64,000 nucleotides of DNA, taken from a virus (lineage: Duplodnaviria; Caudoviricetes). The notes beneath the pieces were generated by a model. It saw only the letters and a program-made list of their open reading frames with translations, did no database searches and was not told the origin of the DNA. Where the stretch lies: the IMG/VR virus record IMGVR_UViG_3300037466_003648, positions 64,001-128,000 of that record. One strand, 5' to 3'. Shown here piece after piece: positions 42,272-51,278 of the stretch; within the stretch, counting starts at the first letter, position 1, and each line of letters begins with the position of its first letter. The translations under genes were made by a program, and so were the position numbers.

Positions 42272-42568
42272 ATGACCAAGCGCATCGAACTCTCCTGCCA
42301 ACCCGCCGCCTGTGTGCCAGGCAATCTCGTCTCGACCTTGATGGTCGTCGAGACCTTGGAGCACGGGTCGAAGGTCTGGCCGCAGAACCAGCGACCAGCA
42401 ACGGTGCAGGATCTCGAAGCGCTGGGTTACCTGGCTCCCGAAGCGGTCGAGAAGCTGCGCGCGGCAGGTGCGGCTCTGCTACGATGGATCTACGAGGGTG
42501 GTCTCGCCTACGACAACCCCGAGATCGAAGCTGCCCTCAAGGCATTTGCCGATAAACAGAAGGAGTAA
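42272..42568 (+). CDS. hypothetical protein
   Basis: AGGAG SD. Confidence 0.65.
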   Translation: MTKRIELSCQPAACVPGNLVSTLMVVETLEHGSKVWPQNQRPATVQDLEALGYLAPEAVEKLRAAGAALLRWIYEGGLAYDNPEIEAALKAFADKQKE

Positions 42569-42571
42569 CCC

Positions 42572-42997
42572 GTGGACAAGATCACCGCCCCGTTCACCGA
42601 TGAGCAGGTGCGTGCGCTCAACGAGTACCAACACAGCGGCCTCTTCCACGAGTACACCTGTGGCAACGACAGCCGCCACCGCGTGTTGGTTGCGTCCACC
42701 GAGGGTTGGTCCTGCCCCGACTGCACCTACACGCAGAACTGGGCGCACGCCTCCATGGCCGTGCCGTTGACATCGGAGCAGAAGCGCCAGGCGCTCGCCA
42801 TGGGTGGACAGGTTTCCGTGCCGGACTTGGCAATCCGATACAACGACAACGGCACCCGCGACCTCGTCTCCGAAGAGTTGGGGTTGGAACTCAAGAACTT
42901 CAAAGTAGATTCGTTCAGTTTCGGTGCAACCACTGGTCGCCATGTTGTCGCCGAGTCCTGGCAAGGTGTCGCCCAACCCGATAAGGAGAACCCATGA
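42572..42997 (+). CDS. hypothetical protein with Cys motifs
   Basis: FHEYTC...WSCPDC; AAGGAG SD. Confidence 0.7.
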   Translation: MDKITAPFTDEQVRALNEYQHSGLFHEYTCGNDSRHRVLVASTEGWSCPDCTYTQNWAHASMAVPLTSEQKRQALAMGGQVSVPDLAIRYNDNGTRDLVSEELGLELKNFKVDSFSFGATTGRHVVAESWQGVAQPDKENP

Positions 42998-43125
42998 TCC
43001 GCTTGATCGCATCCGTCATCGTACCCGCTACGATCGCAGCCTACCTGGTACCTCAACAACCAGGATCGTTGATCCTTTCTATCACGGGTACGGTCGTCAT
43101 GCTCGCCCTCTGGCCCAGCAAGTAG
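42994..43125 (+). CDS. small membrane peptide (43 aa)
   Basis: AAGGAG SD, ATGA overlap, two hydrophobic stretches. Confidence 0.5.
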   Translation: MIRLIASVIVPATIAAYLVPQQPGSLILSITGTVVMLALWPSK

Positions 43126-43136
43126 AAGGAGAACCC

Positions 43137-44393
43137 GTGACAACTCCTCCCATCCTGGGCGACGTGCCCACCATCTCGAAGTCCGACAAGGGCGAGCTGG
43201 CCGCCAAGACCACCACCCTCGCACTGGAGAACCGCCCCAAGAAGTGGTCCCAGTTGGTCGGCCAACCCATTCCGGTGACGGTGCTCACGAACTCGATCAA
43301 GCTGGGTGACATCAAGCCCGGCTACGTGTTCGACGGCATCACCGGCTGTGGCAAGTCGTCGGCTGCGTACCTGGTCGCCAAGCGCCTCAACTGCGATAAC
43401 CCGGACCTGGTAGCCCAGGATCCCTGTGGTGACTGCCGGTCGTGTCGTACCATCGACAAGGGCACCAGCCCCGATGTCAAGTTCGTCGATGGTGCCAGCG
43501 ATCGCAGCGTGGCCTTCGTGCGCGAAACGCTGAAGCCGTTCCTCTCGACCGCGCCGATGGGCAAGTACCGCGTCGCCATCATCGACGAGGCGCACCTGTA
43601 TGGCAAGGATGCGATCAGCGCCTTCCTCACCCTGCTGGAAAACATGCCGCGCTTCACCGGCAAGTCCGTGGTCATCCTGACCACCACGGAGAGCGAGAAG
43701 ATGGACCCGGCGGTGATGAACCGCTGCATGAACTTGCACTTCGCCTCCATCCCCAACGACATGTTGGCGGAGCAGATGGCCGCGTACACCGGCGAGGACG
43801 TCGCTGCATTGCGCATCCTGGCCGAGGAAGCAGGCAACTCCTTCCGTTCGATGTGGTCCTACATCGAGGTCTGGCAGCACCTGGGCGAGCCGCTGACCGA
43901 AGCCGTGGTCATGAAGCTGATCGGGGGCGTAAGCCTGGCCGAGCGGCACCGCTTGTGGGGCGACCTCACCAGCGGCAAGGTGGACAAGATCGGCGAGCGC
44001 TGGCGCGGTTGGCTCCAGGGTGGTGCGCGTGCGAGTGTCGTGGGCGCGCTGCTCCTGCGGGACCTGATTGGCGTTGCCGCGAAGTGTCCCGACCGCACGA
44101 CGTGGCACGATCCCATGCGCCTCCTGGCGGGTGCGCAGCAGCAAGGCTCAGATTCCGCCTGGCTGCCAGCGCTATACCTGATGGTGGGGCTGCCACTGGA
44201 CGTCCAAGTAAGCCACCGGCAGGAGCCAGCAGAAGGGCAGCCCCATCTTTCGCAACCCACCGTGCGCCACCCCGCCGGGCGGTTGTCCCCACCCGAAGGT
44301 ACACCAGCAGTGGCTGGGGTGGGACTCACCAGAACGAACAACACCGTTGAGATTGCTCCAGTTCACGACCGCCTGTTGTTCTTTGGTGCGTAA
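43137..44393 (+). CDS. dnaX: DNA polymerase III gamma/tau (clamp loader ATPase)
   Basis: RPKKWSQLVGQ, GITGCGKSS, PCGDCRSC, IIDEAH, SRC-like NRC. Confidence 0.9.
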   Translation: MTTPPILGDVPTISKSDKGELAAKTTTLALENRPKKWSQLVGQPIPVTVLTNSIKLGDIKPGYVFDGITGCGKSSAAYLVAKRLNCDNPDLVAQDPCGDCRSCRTIDKGTSPDVKFVDGASDRSVAFVRETLKPFLSTAPMGKYRVAIIDEAHLYGKDAISAFLTLLENMPRFTGKSVVILTTTESEKMDPAVMNRCMNLHFASIPNDMLAEQMAAYTGEDVAALRILAEEAGNSFRSMWSYIEVWQHLGEPLTEAVVMKLIGGVSLAERHRLWGDLTSGKVDKIGERWRGWLQGGARASVVGALLLRDLIGVAAKCPDRTTWHDPMRLLAGAQQQGSDSAWLPALYLMVGLPLDVQVSHRQEPAEGQPHLSQPTVRHPAGRLSPPEGTPAVAGVGLTRTNNTVEIAPVHDRLLFFGA

Positions 44394-44397
44394 GGGG

Positions 44398-44426
44398 TTG
44401 ACTTCGTACCTCGTATCGTGGAGAAT
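44398..44426 (+). promoter_or_regulatory. sigma70-like promoter
   Basis: TTGACT 44398-44403, 17 nt, TG-n-GAGAAT 44421-44426. Confidence 0.5.
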
Positions 44427-44461
44427 GGGATCGCTCCCATCCTGAAGTACGAGGTACGTTC

Positions 44462-44719
44462 GTGGCAAGCCTTCAGACCCTGCTCACCGCCTGGATGACC
44501 AACGCCCAGGTGGTCACCCTCACCCTCCAGAACGGCCAGGCCGTGTCGGGCGTCGTGACGGACGACGGGGCTGCGGGTGACACGATCACCATCAAGCAGG
44601 GCAACGCGCGCACCAACGTCCCGAAGTCCGCGATCTGCACGCTGCCCGATCCCAGTGACATCACCCCGGCCGTCGGCACGCCGGGCCAGGGCACCAACAG
44701 CATTCGTCTCTTGCCCTAG
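44462..44719 (+). CDS. Hfq/Sm-like protein
   Basis: LQ..L......V.L.L.NG....G (Sm1) and V.KSAICT (Sm2; E. coli YKHAIST). Confidence 0.6.
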   Translation: MASLQTLLTAWMTNAQVVTLTLQNGQAVSGVVTDDGAAGDTITIKQGNARTNVPKSAICTLPDPSDITPAVGTPGQGTNSIRLLP

Positions 44720-44728
44720 TTCGCGGCG

Positions 44729-45085
44729 ATGGCTACCTACCGTCGCCGCAAGAAGCGTGAGGCTGACAGTCTCCCGCTTCCCTGGGGTCGCGATCCACTC
44801 AAGGGTCTGCTGGGAGACACACCGCGTGTCGAAGCTGTGGTGCCTACGCGTAAGCGCACGCGCTACTACTCGCCGCTCAAGGAGCGTGGTTGGTGTCCGC
44901 GGTGCGGTGCTCAGCGTTGGTCGGTGATCCTCGATGACACCCGTTACCGAGACATGTTCCTCGCGTGCGGGCAGTGCCACGAAACCTTCAGGATGGACAT
45001 GACGCCCCTCGACTTCCAGTACGCCTGGCGTGACGGCATCCCGATGCCCAAGGAAGTCAAGCTCAAGTACCATCGGAGGCACTAG
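44729..45085 (+). CDS. Zn-ribbon protein
   Basis: CPRC...CGQC, basic N-terminus. Confidence 0.6.
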   Translation: MATYRRRKKREADSLPLPWGRDPLKGLLGDTPRVEAVVPTRKRTRYYSPLKERGWCPRCGAQRWSVILDDTRYRDMFLACGQCHETFRMDMTPLDFQYAWRDGIPMPKEVKLKYHRRH

Positions 45086-45763
45086 GTGAAGTCGAACGCG
45101 TACGGCGATCCGTTTCCCAACGAGCAAATGACCATCGGTCTGATCGGCTCGCACTGCACGGGCAAGACCACGGCCGGGCAGTTGCTGTCCGCTTGGACGG
45201 GCTTCCCGCTGCTGGCCGAAGGAGTGCGCGACATCGTGCACCTGATGGGCTACCAGCAGATTGCCGACGTCCCCGACCAGGCACTCATGCAGTGGAACAT
45301 CATGCGCCACCAGATCAACCAGGAAGAGTCCATCGTGCGGCTCCAGGAAGTGCAGGGTGCACCGACGATTGCTTACATCACCGACCGTACGACGCTGGAC
45401 AACGCGGCGTACTTCCAGATGTACCAGTTCGGCAAGATCTCCCAGGCGGAGTTCGACGCCTACACGGGCAAGGCGTTCGACCACGCCCAGTTGGCCTACT
45501 CGCACTTCATTTACTTCCCCATCCTGTGGGACGAGATCGAAGACGACGGCTTCCGTGACACCGCACCCGGTCCGCGCCGCGAGATCGATGATATGATCCG
45601 TGGGCAGTTGACCGCGCTGAACCTTTGGGACCGCACTTTCACGGTCGGCGCGGGCTCGACCGCCCAGCGCTGCACCGCGATCATGGAGCACCTGAACCTC
45701 TGGCCGCGTATGCGCGAGCTGGCGCACACCCTCAAGCCTCACCGGGAGATCCCCACGTCATGA
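45086..45763 (+). CDS. P-loop NTPase (AAA_28-like), paralog of 34061-34696
   Basis: IGSHCTGKTT; TDRTTLDNAAY; EDDGFR. Confidence 0.78.
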   Translation: MKSNAYGDPFPNEQMTIGLIGSHCTGKTTAGQLLSAWTGFPLLAEGVRDIVHLMGYQQIADVPDQALMQWNIMRHQINQEESIVRLQEVQGAPTIAYITDRTTLDNAAYFQMYQFGKISQAEFDAYTGKAFDHAQLAYSHFIYFPILWDEIEDDGFRDTAPGPRREIDDMIRGQLTALNLWDRTFTVGAGSTAQRCTAIMEHLNLWPRMRELAHTLKPHREIPTS

Positions 45764-46515
45764 TGAACCAGAACAACGACCAGCCCACGACGGAGACGGT
45801 CCGCCTCAACCAGCCCCTGGACCCCGGTGCTCCTGCCGAACCGGGGGACGACATGTTGGCCGACCTGCCCACCGCGGCGGAAGTGGGGCAGACAGGTCCC
45901 GTGCGCAACCCCAATGCGCCGCCCAGGAGCGACGAGATGACCGCGGGCTTGCCCCGTACCATCAATCCACAAGGCAACGGCCCGACCGTCGTGCCCGCCT
46001 ACGACATCGCGCCCAATGCGCCGGAGGTGGTGATCGGCTTCGGTCCCCCGGTCGCGCCCGAGCTGGCCGACATCGATCCGCCCCTCGTCGCGCCCGTGAC
46101 GAACGTGGGCGGCAAGTCCGACATGTTGCGCTCCGATGCGCTGGGTCCCATGAGCATGCAGAAGCAGTCGGAGAAGGAGCGCATGGCGCTCTTCCTGAAC
46201 GACCTGGTCGACGACCTCAAGCGTCTGGCCCACGGTCCCGTCAACCCGGTCAAGCGCATCATGGGTCGCCAGACCTTGGGCGCCGACCTGCTGCGCTTGT
46301 ACCAGGACCACGAGTACACCATCGATCACTGCATGACGATGGTGGAGATCGAGTCTGTCGGCCACCACACCACCCAGATCTCGCTCACGCTGCCCGCCAG
46401 CAAGATGACCAGCCGCATTCAGATGAAGCTGATCGCCTTGGGCTACAAGACGACGAAGACCGAGAACGGTCTGGTTCTGCGCTCTCCCGTGGAGGCCGCT
46501 GGTGCCGATTCGTAA
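45760..46515 (+). CDS. hypothetical protein with Pro-rich N-terminus
   Basis: ATGA overlap. Confidence 0.65.
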   Translation: MMNQNNDQPTTETVRLNQPLDPGAPAEPGDDMLADLPTAAEVGQTGPVRNPNAPPRSDEMTAGLPRTINPQGNGPTVVPAYDIAPNAPEVVIGFGPPVAPELADIDPPLVAPVTNVGGKSDMLRSDALGPMSMQKQSEKERMALFLNDLVDDLKRLAHGPVNPVKRIMGRQTLGADLLRLYQDHEYTIDHCMTMVEIESVGHHTTQISLTLPASKMTSRIQMKLIALGYKTTKTENGLVLRSPVEAAGADS

Positions 46516-47257
46516 CGACCTCAACCTCGAAGGCGAGGGCTGGCGGAAGTACAAAGGCATCATCCACACCGGTACGCTGCGTCTCATCAACAAGCGCGGT
46601 ACGGGTGGTAGCGCGAACTACCCCGGCAACTTCAGCCCGGAGATTCCGCGCAACGAGATGTTGCGCTACTCCAAGACGGGTGACCTGATCGCAGACCTGT
46701 TCGCGGGTTCCGAGACGACCTTCCACGTCTGTCGCGAGCTGGGCCGCATCTACTGCGGCTGCGACTTGCGCCCGCACAGCGATGCCACCGATCTGGGTGA
46801 CGCTCGCACCTGGGACCCCGGCTGCGAAGTCCAGATGGTCTTCCTGCATCCACCCTACGCGGACATCATCGACTACAACGAGAAGCTGGGCGCGCAGCCT
46901 GGTGACCTCTCGCTCCCGTGGCAGCAGTTCCTGGTGGAGTTCGAAGCGGTTGCCGTCAACGCCGCCCGCATGCTTGCCCCCGGCGGCTTTGCGGTACTCG
47001 TCATCGGTGACCTGTACACCAACAGCGAACATGTGATGCTGGCCTTCTACACCGCCGAGTTGCTGCGCAAGGCGGGTCTCCGGCTTAAGCATGACACCAT
47101 CAAGAACTTCGGCGACGAGGTAGCGAACAAGAACAAGAACGAGAACTTGTGGTACCTTCGGTCTCTCAAAGGCGGCTTCGGCGTCCTGGAGCACGAGCAT
47201 ATCTTCGTGTTCGAGAAGCCCGCAGTATCCAAGAGAAAAGCGAAGCAGCCGTCTTGA
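46502..47257 (+). CDS. amino (N6-A/N4-C) DNA methyltransferase-like protein
   Basis: YPGNF, DLFAGS motif I, HPPY motif IV, HEHIFVF. Confidence 0.8.
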   Translation: MPIRNDLNLEGEGWRKYKGIIHTGTLRLINKRGTGGSANYPGNFSPEIPRNEMLRYSKTGDLIADLFAGSETTFHVCRELGRIYCGCDLRPHSDATDLGDARTWDPGCEVQMVFLHPPYADIIDYNEKLGAQPGDLSLPWQQFLVEFEAVAVNAARMLAPGGFAVLVIGDLYTNSEHVMLAFYTAELLRKAGLRLKHDTIKNFGDEVANKNKNENLWYLRSLKGGFGVLEHEHIFVFEKPAVSKRKAKQPS

Positions 47258-47304
47258 CCGGATGATCCGGTTGGGTTGGTTGCTCTAGGTTGAAGGAGAT
47301 CCCC

Positions 47305-47505
47305 ATGGACATCAACAGTACCATTCGTCCCATCAACACGATCGTGCACCGGACGGGCAGCCACATCACCGCCTCCGACGTCAGCTCGTGGGAGCGCGCG
47401 GGCGGCCGTCACGGTATCTGCGCGCATTGCAAGGGCTGGCGGCGCTTGGGGCTCGACACCTGCTACATCAAGGAGGGTGTCGAGCTGAAGGTCTGCTACG
47501 CATGA
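47305..47505 (+). CDS. small Zn-binding hypothetical protein
   Basis: AAGGAG SD; CAHC...C...C. Confidence 0.55.
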   Translation: MDINSTIRPINTIVHRTGSHITASDVSSWERAGGRHGICAHCKGWRRLGLDTCYIKEGVELKVCYA

Positions 47506-48287
47506 CCCAGATCCTTTTCGGTGAGCGTGAGCTGCTGGTGCGAGCCATCGGCGACGCGCAGCTGATCGTCGCCCCCGACGAGGGAATGGTCAAGGGTCAG
47601 GAGCTGCGGCTTCGGTGGGCGCAACGGTCGCTCAAGCCGAAGCCGCTTGCCATCATGGACCCGCCCGAGCCGTTGAAAGGGTTCAACCCCATCGACGGCT
47701 ACTTCTTGCTCTTCACCAAGGACAAACTCCCCGCTGCGTGGGGCCGCTGGGCGCAGGCGAACAAGATCACGCCGGTCGCCAAGCTCTTCCCCAGCGAGGA
47801 CCAGATGCGCGGCTACCTGGCATCGGGCAAGGCCCCGGTCAAGTTCACGCCGGACGCGGCCGAGTGGTACACGCGGGTCGTGGGCACCTCGCCCATGCGC
47901 TTGGACAGCGAGCTGCGCAAGATCCTCTTGTTGGGTCGCCAGCACGTCGATCTGAACGAGTTGCTGGACCTGATCGGCACCCAGGAAGAGATGAAGGCCG
48001 AGCACATCCTCAAGGCGTTGGGTACCCGACGAGCGCTGGATCTAGCGCGCGAGGTTCCTGACAAGCGGTCGATCCCGCTCATGGCCTACCTCGACAAGGC
48101 GCTGGAGAACCGGAAGAATGGGTGGTCGTTGCTCTTGAAGGCCATCCGCATCGGTGCAGACCGCAAGCGGTACAGCTACTGGACGGGCGTCCAGCTGTTC
48201 GTACATGCTTGTTACCGTATCGAACATGGGAGCAATCAAGTTTCTGTCGCACTGGAGCTACTAGAGGCGGCAAATGTGGTAAAATGA
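47502..48287 (+). CDS. DNA polymerase III delta (HolA)-like subunit
   Basis: FTPDAAEW...VG...RLDSELRKILL...VDLNEL resembles the delta signature. Confidence 0.6.
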   Translation: MTQILFGERELLVRAIGDAQLIVAPDEGMVKGQELRLRWAQRSLKPKPLAIMDPPEPLKGFNPIDGYFLLFTKDKLPAAWGRWAQANKITPVAKLFPSEDQMRGYLASGKAPVKFTPDAAEWYTRVVGTSPMRLDSELRKILLLGRQHVDLNELLDLIGTQEEMKAEHILKALGTRRALDLAREVPDKRSIPLMAYLDKALENRKNGWSLLLKAIRIGADRKRYSYWTGVQLFVHACYRIEHGSNQVSVALELLEAANVVK

Positions 48288-48306
48288 ATCTGTGTCTGGA
48301 GGTTAC

Positions 48307-48861
48307 GTGATCGATCCCATCCACCTGATTAGCTTCGACGTGGACGCCGAGATCCCAACGGTGACCTTCAAGGCGGACTACCGACCCACGACGGGTCCGC
48401 TGCCGGAGTTGTCCTACCCCCTCGTGGGTCTTTGGGTATACAACGGTTTGGTGGTCCGCGCGCTGTTCGAGGCGCCGACCGTTCCCACCCACGAGCGCGA
48501 GCCCATCCTGCACCGCTACGAGGGACCCACGATCGTCCACCAAGGCCAGGCGCGCTATCGCTACTTCACCGTCCCCGGCTACGCTGGGATGGTTCTCACC
48601 CCGAAGGGCTTCGCCGCGGCAGGCGTCCCGGTTCACCACATGTGGGCGTCGTTGTCGGAAGCCACCAACAGCCTTGCCTACCAGGAATGGGCGAACAACC
48701 ACGATACCCACATCGGTGGTCTCGCCCCATCCATCGTCCGTCTGAACGACTTGCTTGGCGGACTTCCCCCCATCCACCTGTGTGTCCCCATCCTCCCCGA
48801 AGAAAGGCTTGATCCCCTTGAGCACCGAGACCCAGACCCGCAACCCTTGGACCGCGCTTGA
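48307..48861 (+). CDS. hypothetical protein
   Basis: GGAGG SD before GTG. Confidence 0.6.
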   Translation: MIDPIHLISFDVDAEIPTVTFKADYRPTTGPLPELSYPLVGLWVYNGLVVRALFEAPTVPTHEREPILHRYEGPTIVHQGQARYRYFTVPGYAGMVLTPKGFAAAGVPVHHMWASLSEATNSLAYQEWANNHDTHIGGLAPSIVRLNDLLGGLPPIHLCVPILPEERLDPLEHRDPDPQPLDRA

Positions 48862-49468
48862 ACACACGCAGCAGCGCGTGAAGAGCGTGCTGCACGCCTT
48901 GAACGTCACCACCCGTCGAGGCAACACCACGACCCTGGTGCGCGGTATCCGCGCGCAGGAGAACGACATGGCCCTCGTGGTCGGCTCCCACGAGCTTGGT
49001 GAGTCGTTCTTGAAGAGCGAGAACTACCGCGTGCCCACCGTCTGCGTCGAGCACTTGCAGTACGCGCTGCAAGGCACGCAGCGCGGGCTCGTGTTCGACA
49101 ACAGCGCCGTGACTTCGATCCTGTCCGAAGTCGACCGCTCCATCACGGACGCCCTGGCCGCCGCGGCGCCTCGCAGCGTCGACAGCGTGGGTGCCGAATT
49201 GGATGCCCTCAAGCAGCAGCTCGGCGAGACCCAGCGTACGCTGGAGACGGCGCAGCGGGGCAACGTCCGCCTCAAGAACGCGTTGGTCAGCGCTAACGCC
49301 ATCATCAAGTCCATGATGATGGCCGGTGACCAGGTCTTCGGCGCCCAGAAGGACGAGATCGAGAAGCAAGCCCACACCATCCATCTGCTGGACGAGCAGG
49401 TGCAAGTGCTGACCCGTGCCCTGGGCGACTCCCAGGACCGCATCGCCGAGCTGACCGCTCGGAACTAA
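48755..49468 (+). CDS. coiled-coil hypothetical protein (start uncertain)
   Basis: long heptad-rich C-terminus. Confidence 0.65.
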   Translation: MADFPPSTCVSPSSPKKGLIPLSTETQTRNPWTALEHTQQRVKSVLHALNVTTRRGNTTTLVRGIRAQENDMALVVGSHELGESFLKSENYRVPTVCVEHLQYALQGTQRGLVFDNSAVTSILSEVDRSITDALAAAAPRSVDSVGAELDALKQQLGETQRTLETAQRGNVRLKNALVSANAIIKSMMMAGDQVFGAQKDEIEKQAHTIHLLDEQVQVLTRALGDSQDRIAELTARN

Positions 49469-49482
49469 GGAGAACACACCTC

Positions 49483-50550
49483 ATGTCCGAGCAGACCCCG
49501 GAAACCACGGATCTCACCACCCAAGGCACCACGGCGCTCAGCACCGGCGCGGAGAACGCGCTGGCTTTGCTGATGCAGGCGGAGGAGAGCCTGGAGCAAG
49601 TCTACGACCAGATGACCGCCATGTCGGAGAACAACATGGGCGGCGCGGGTGCGGGCTCGTCTGGCTACGACTTCACCGGCAAGGTGAAGGTCGAGGTCCA
49701 GCGTAACGGCACGCTGGTCTTCCAGAACCCGTTCACCGGCAAGATCGACGGCGGCAACTCGATCAGCATCGTCCCCATCTCCGTCAAGTTCCAGCTGCAG
49801 CGCTGGTTCGGCGAGAAGGAGGAGATCGAAGGCATCGACAAGGAGAAGCAGAAGGGTCCCCTCTGCCGCTCCGTCATGTTCGAGGAGCCCGTCCCGACGC
49901 GCAACGCCGAGACCGGCGAGATGGAGAACGCCATCAACGAGACCGGCTGGTTCCACCAGCCTGCGATGTCCGCCTACAACGCGCGTCGCATGCTGCCCAC
50001 GCTCACCGGCAACCACGGCTGCGACGGCAAGAGCGGCATGACCCTCTGTGCCGACTGCCCGATGGCTGTTCAGGGCTACAAGGGCAACGAGCAGGGCGGC
50101 AAGTGCGGCCCCATCGGCATGGTCGAGTGCGTCATCTTCCAGGTCAACGACGAGTTCCTGCCGCAGCCGGTCTACGCGTACGTCAAGATGTCGGTCACCT
50201 CGATCATCGAGTACGTGGAGTTCCTCAAGCAGATCAAGAAGGTGCACAAGGACCCACGCACCGGCAAGGAGCTGCAGTCGCCCGTGATGCGCCTGATCCT
50301 GAAGCTCACCTGCGAGTCGCAGACCAGCGGCGCGAAGAGCTGGGGCAAGCTGAACTACCACGCCTTCGGCGCGGTCAACCCCAGCACCGAGCAGGGCCAG
50401 AACATCACGAAGACCATGGCGACCGCCATCGAGCTGACGACGGCCAAGCTGGCCGAGATCGCCGAGAAGGACGCCAGCAAGGCCAACAACAAGGGCAACG
50501 CGGGTGGTGGCGGCACCACCCAGGTTGCCAAGGCGGGCGCGCCCTTCTAG
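49483..50550 (+). CDS. hypothetical protein, possibly ssDNA-binding or recombination mediator
   Basis: AAGGAG SD; Cys motifs; flexible tail ending GAPF. Confidence 0.7.
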   Translation: MSEQTPETTDLTTQGTTALSTGAENALALLMQAEESLEQVYDQMTAMSENNMGGAGAGSSGYDFTGKVKVEVQRNGTLVFQNPFTGKIDGGNSISIVPISVKFQLQRWFGEKEEIEGIDKEKQKGPLCRSVMFEEPVPTRNAETGEMENAINETGWFHQPAMSAYNARRMLPTLTGNHGCDGKSGMTLCADCPMAVQGYKGNEQGGKCGPIGMVECVIFQVNDEFLPQPVYAYVKMSVTSIIEYVEFLKQIKKVHKDPRTGKELQSPVMRLILKLTCESQTSGAKSWGKLNYHAFGAVNPSTEQGQNITKTMATAIELTTAKLAEIAEKDASKANNKGNAGGGGTTQVAKAGAPF

Positions 50551-50568
50551 GCGATCCCACCCTTGGGG

Positions 50569-50608
50569 TTTACAACGAGCGCTGGAGTGGTATACTCACT
50601 CCAGCGCT
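50569..50608 (+). promoter_or_regulatory. promoter with a 12-bp inverted repeat flanking the -10
   Basis: TTTACA 50569-50574, TATACT 50591-50596; AGCGCTGGAGTG/CACTCCAGCGCT. Confidence 0.5.
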
Positions 50609-50635
50609 TGTTGCTTATCTGCTAAGGGAACAACT

Positions 50636-50857
50636 ATGACGACGATCCAACAGGACGACTCGTGGAAGAACATGCTCTCGGCCGCTCTTGACCCGTGCAA
50701 GAACGAACCCGTGACGCTCTACTTCTCGGAGGACTCCAACGCCAGCCGCGGCGTCTTCGAGGTGTTGTACACCTCCGGCGACGACGTTATCGTCTCCATC
50801 CCCAAGGACCAGATCGACCAGGTGCTCGCACCCCACGTCAACCTCAACCGCCACTAG
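50636..50857 (+). CDS. hypothetical protein
   Basis: AAGGGA SD. Confidence 0.6.
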   Translation: MTTIQQDDSWKNMLSAALDPCKNEPVTLYFSEDSNASRGVFEVLYTSGDDVIVSIPKDQIDQVLAPHVNLNRH

Positions 50858-50866
50858 GAGGGCACC

Positions 50867-51277
50867 ATGGGCCATTTCAAGATCGGCGTCGCGCGTCTCG
50901 ACAACGCCAGCGATCCGCACCCGGACCCTGCTCAAGGGTTCGACACCTACGTCAAGTTCATCGACGACGAGGGCAAGGAGCACAGCATCCCGGCAACCGG
51001 GGTCGACGTCCAGCTGCGCGCCGGTCGCGCGGTGAACCTCGTCGCCATCACCACCGGTGCGTTCGAGCTGGATCTGCCTGGTTGCGTGGTCGACTTGATC
51101 CGCGATCCCGACGTCAATATGGAGAACACCTTCGACGCCAACCGCCGCAGCCACGTCCTCTCCGTCACCCCGGACGACCAGTTCAAGGCGGCTATCCTCG
51201 AAGCCATCGAAGTGGAAGCTCCTGGCACGAAGGCGAAGGTCTTGAAGCGCTTGGCCGAGCTGAAGGGAGAGGTGTAG
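50867..51277 (+). CDS. hypothetical protein
   Basis: GGAGG SD. Confidence 0.7.
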   Translation: MGHFKIGVARLDNASDPHPDPAQGFDTYVKFIDDEGKEHSIPATGVDVQLRAGRAVNLVAITTGAFELDLPGCVVDLIRDPDVNMENTFDANRRSHVLSVTPDDQFKAAILEAIEVEAPGTKAKVLKRLAELKGEV

Positions 51278-51278
51278 C

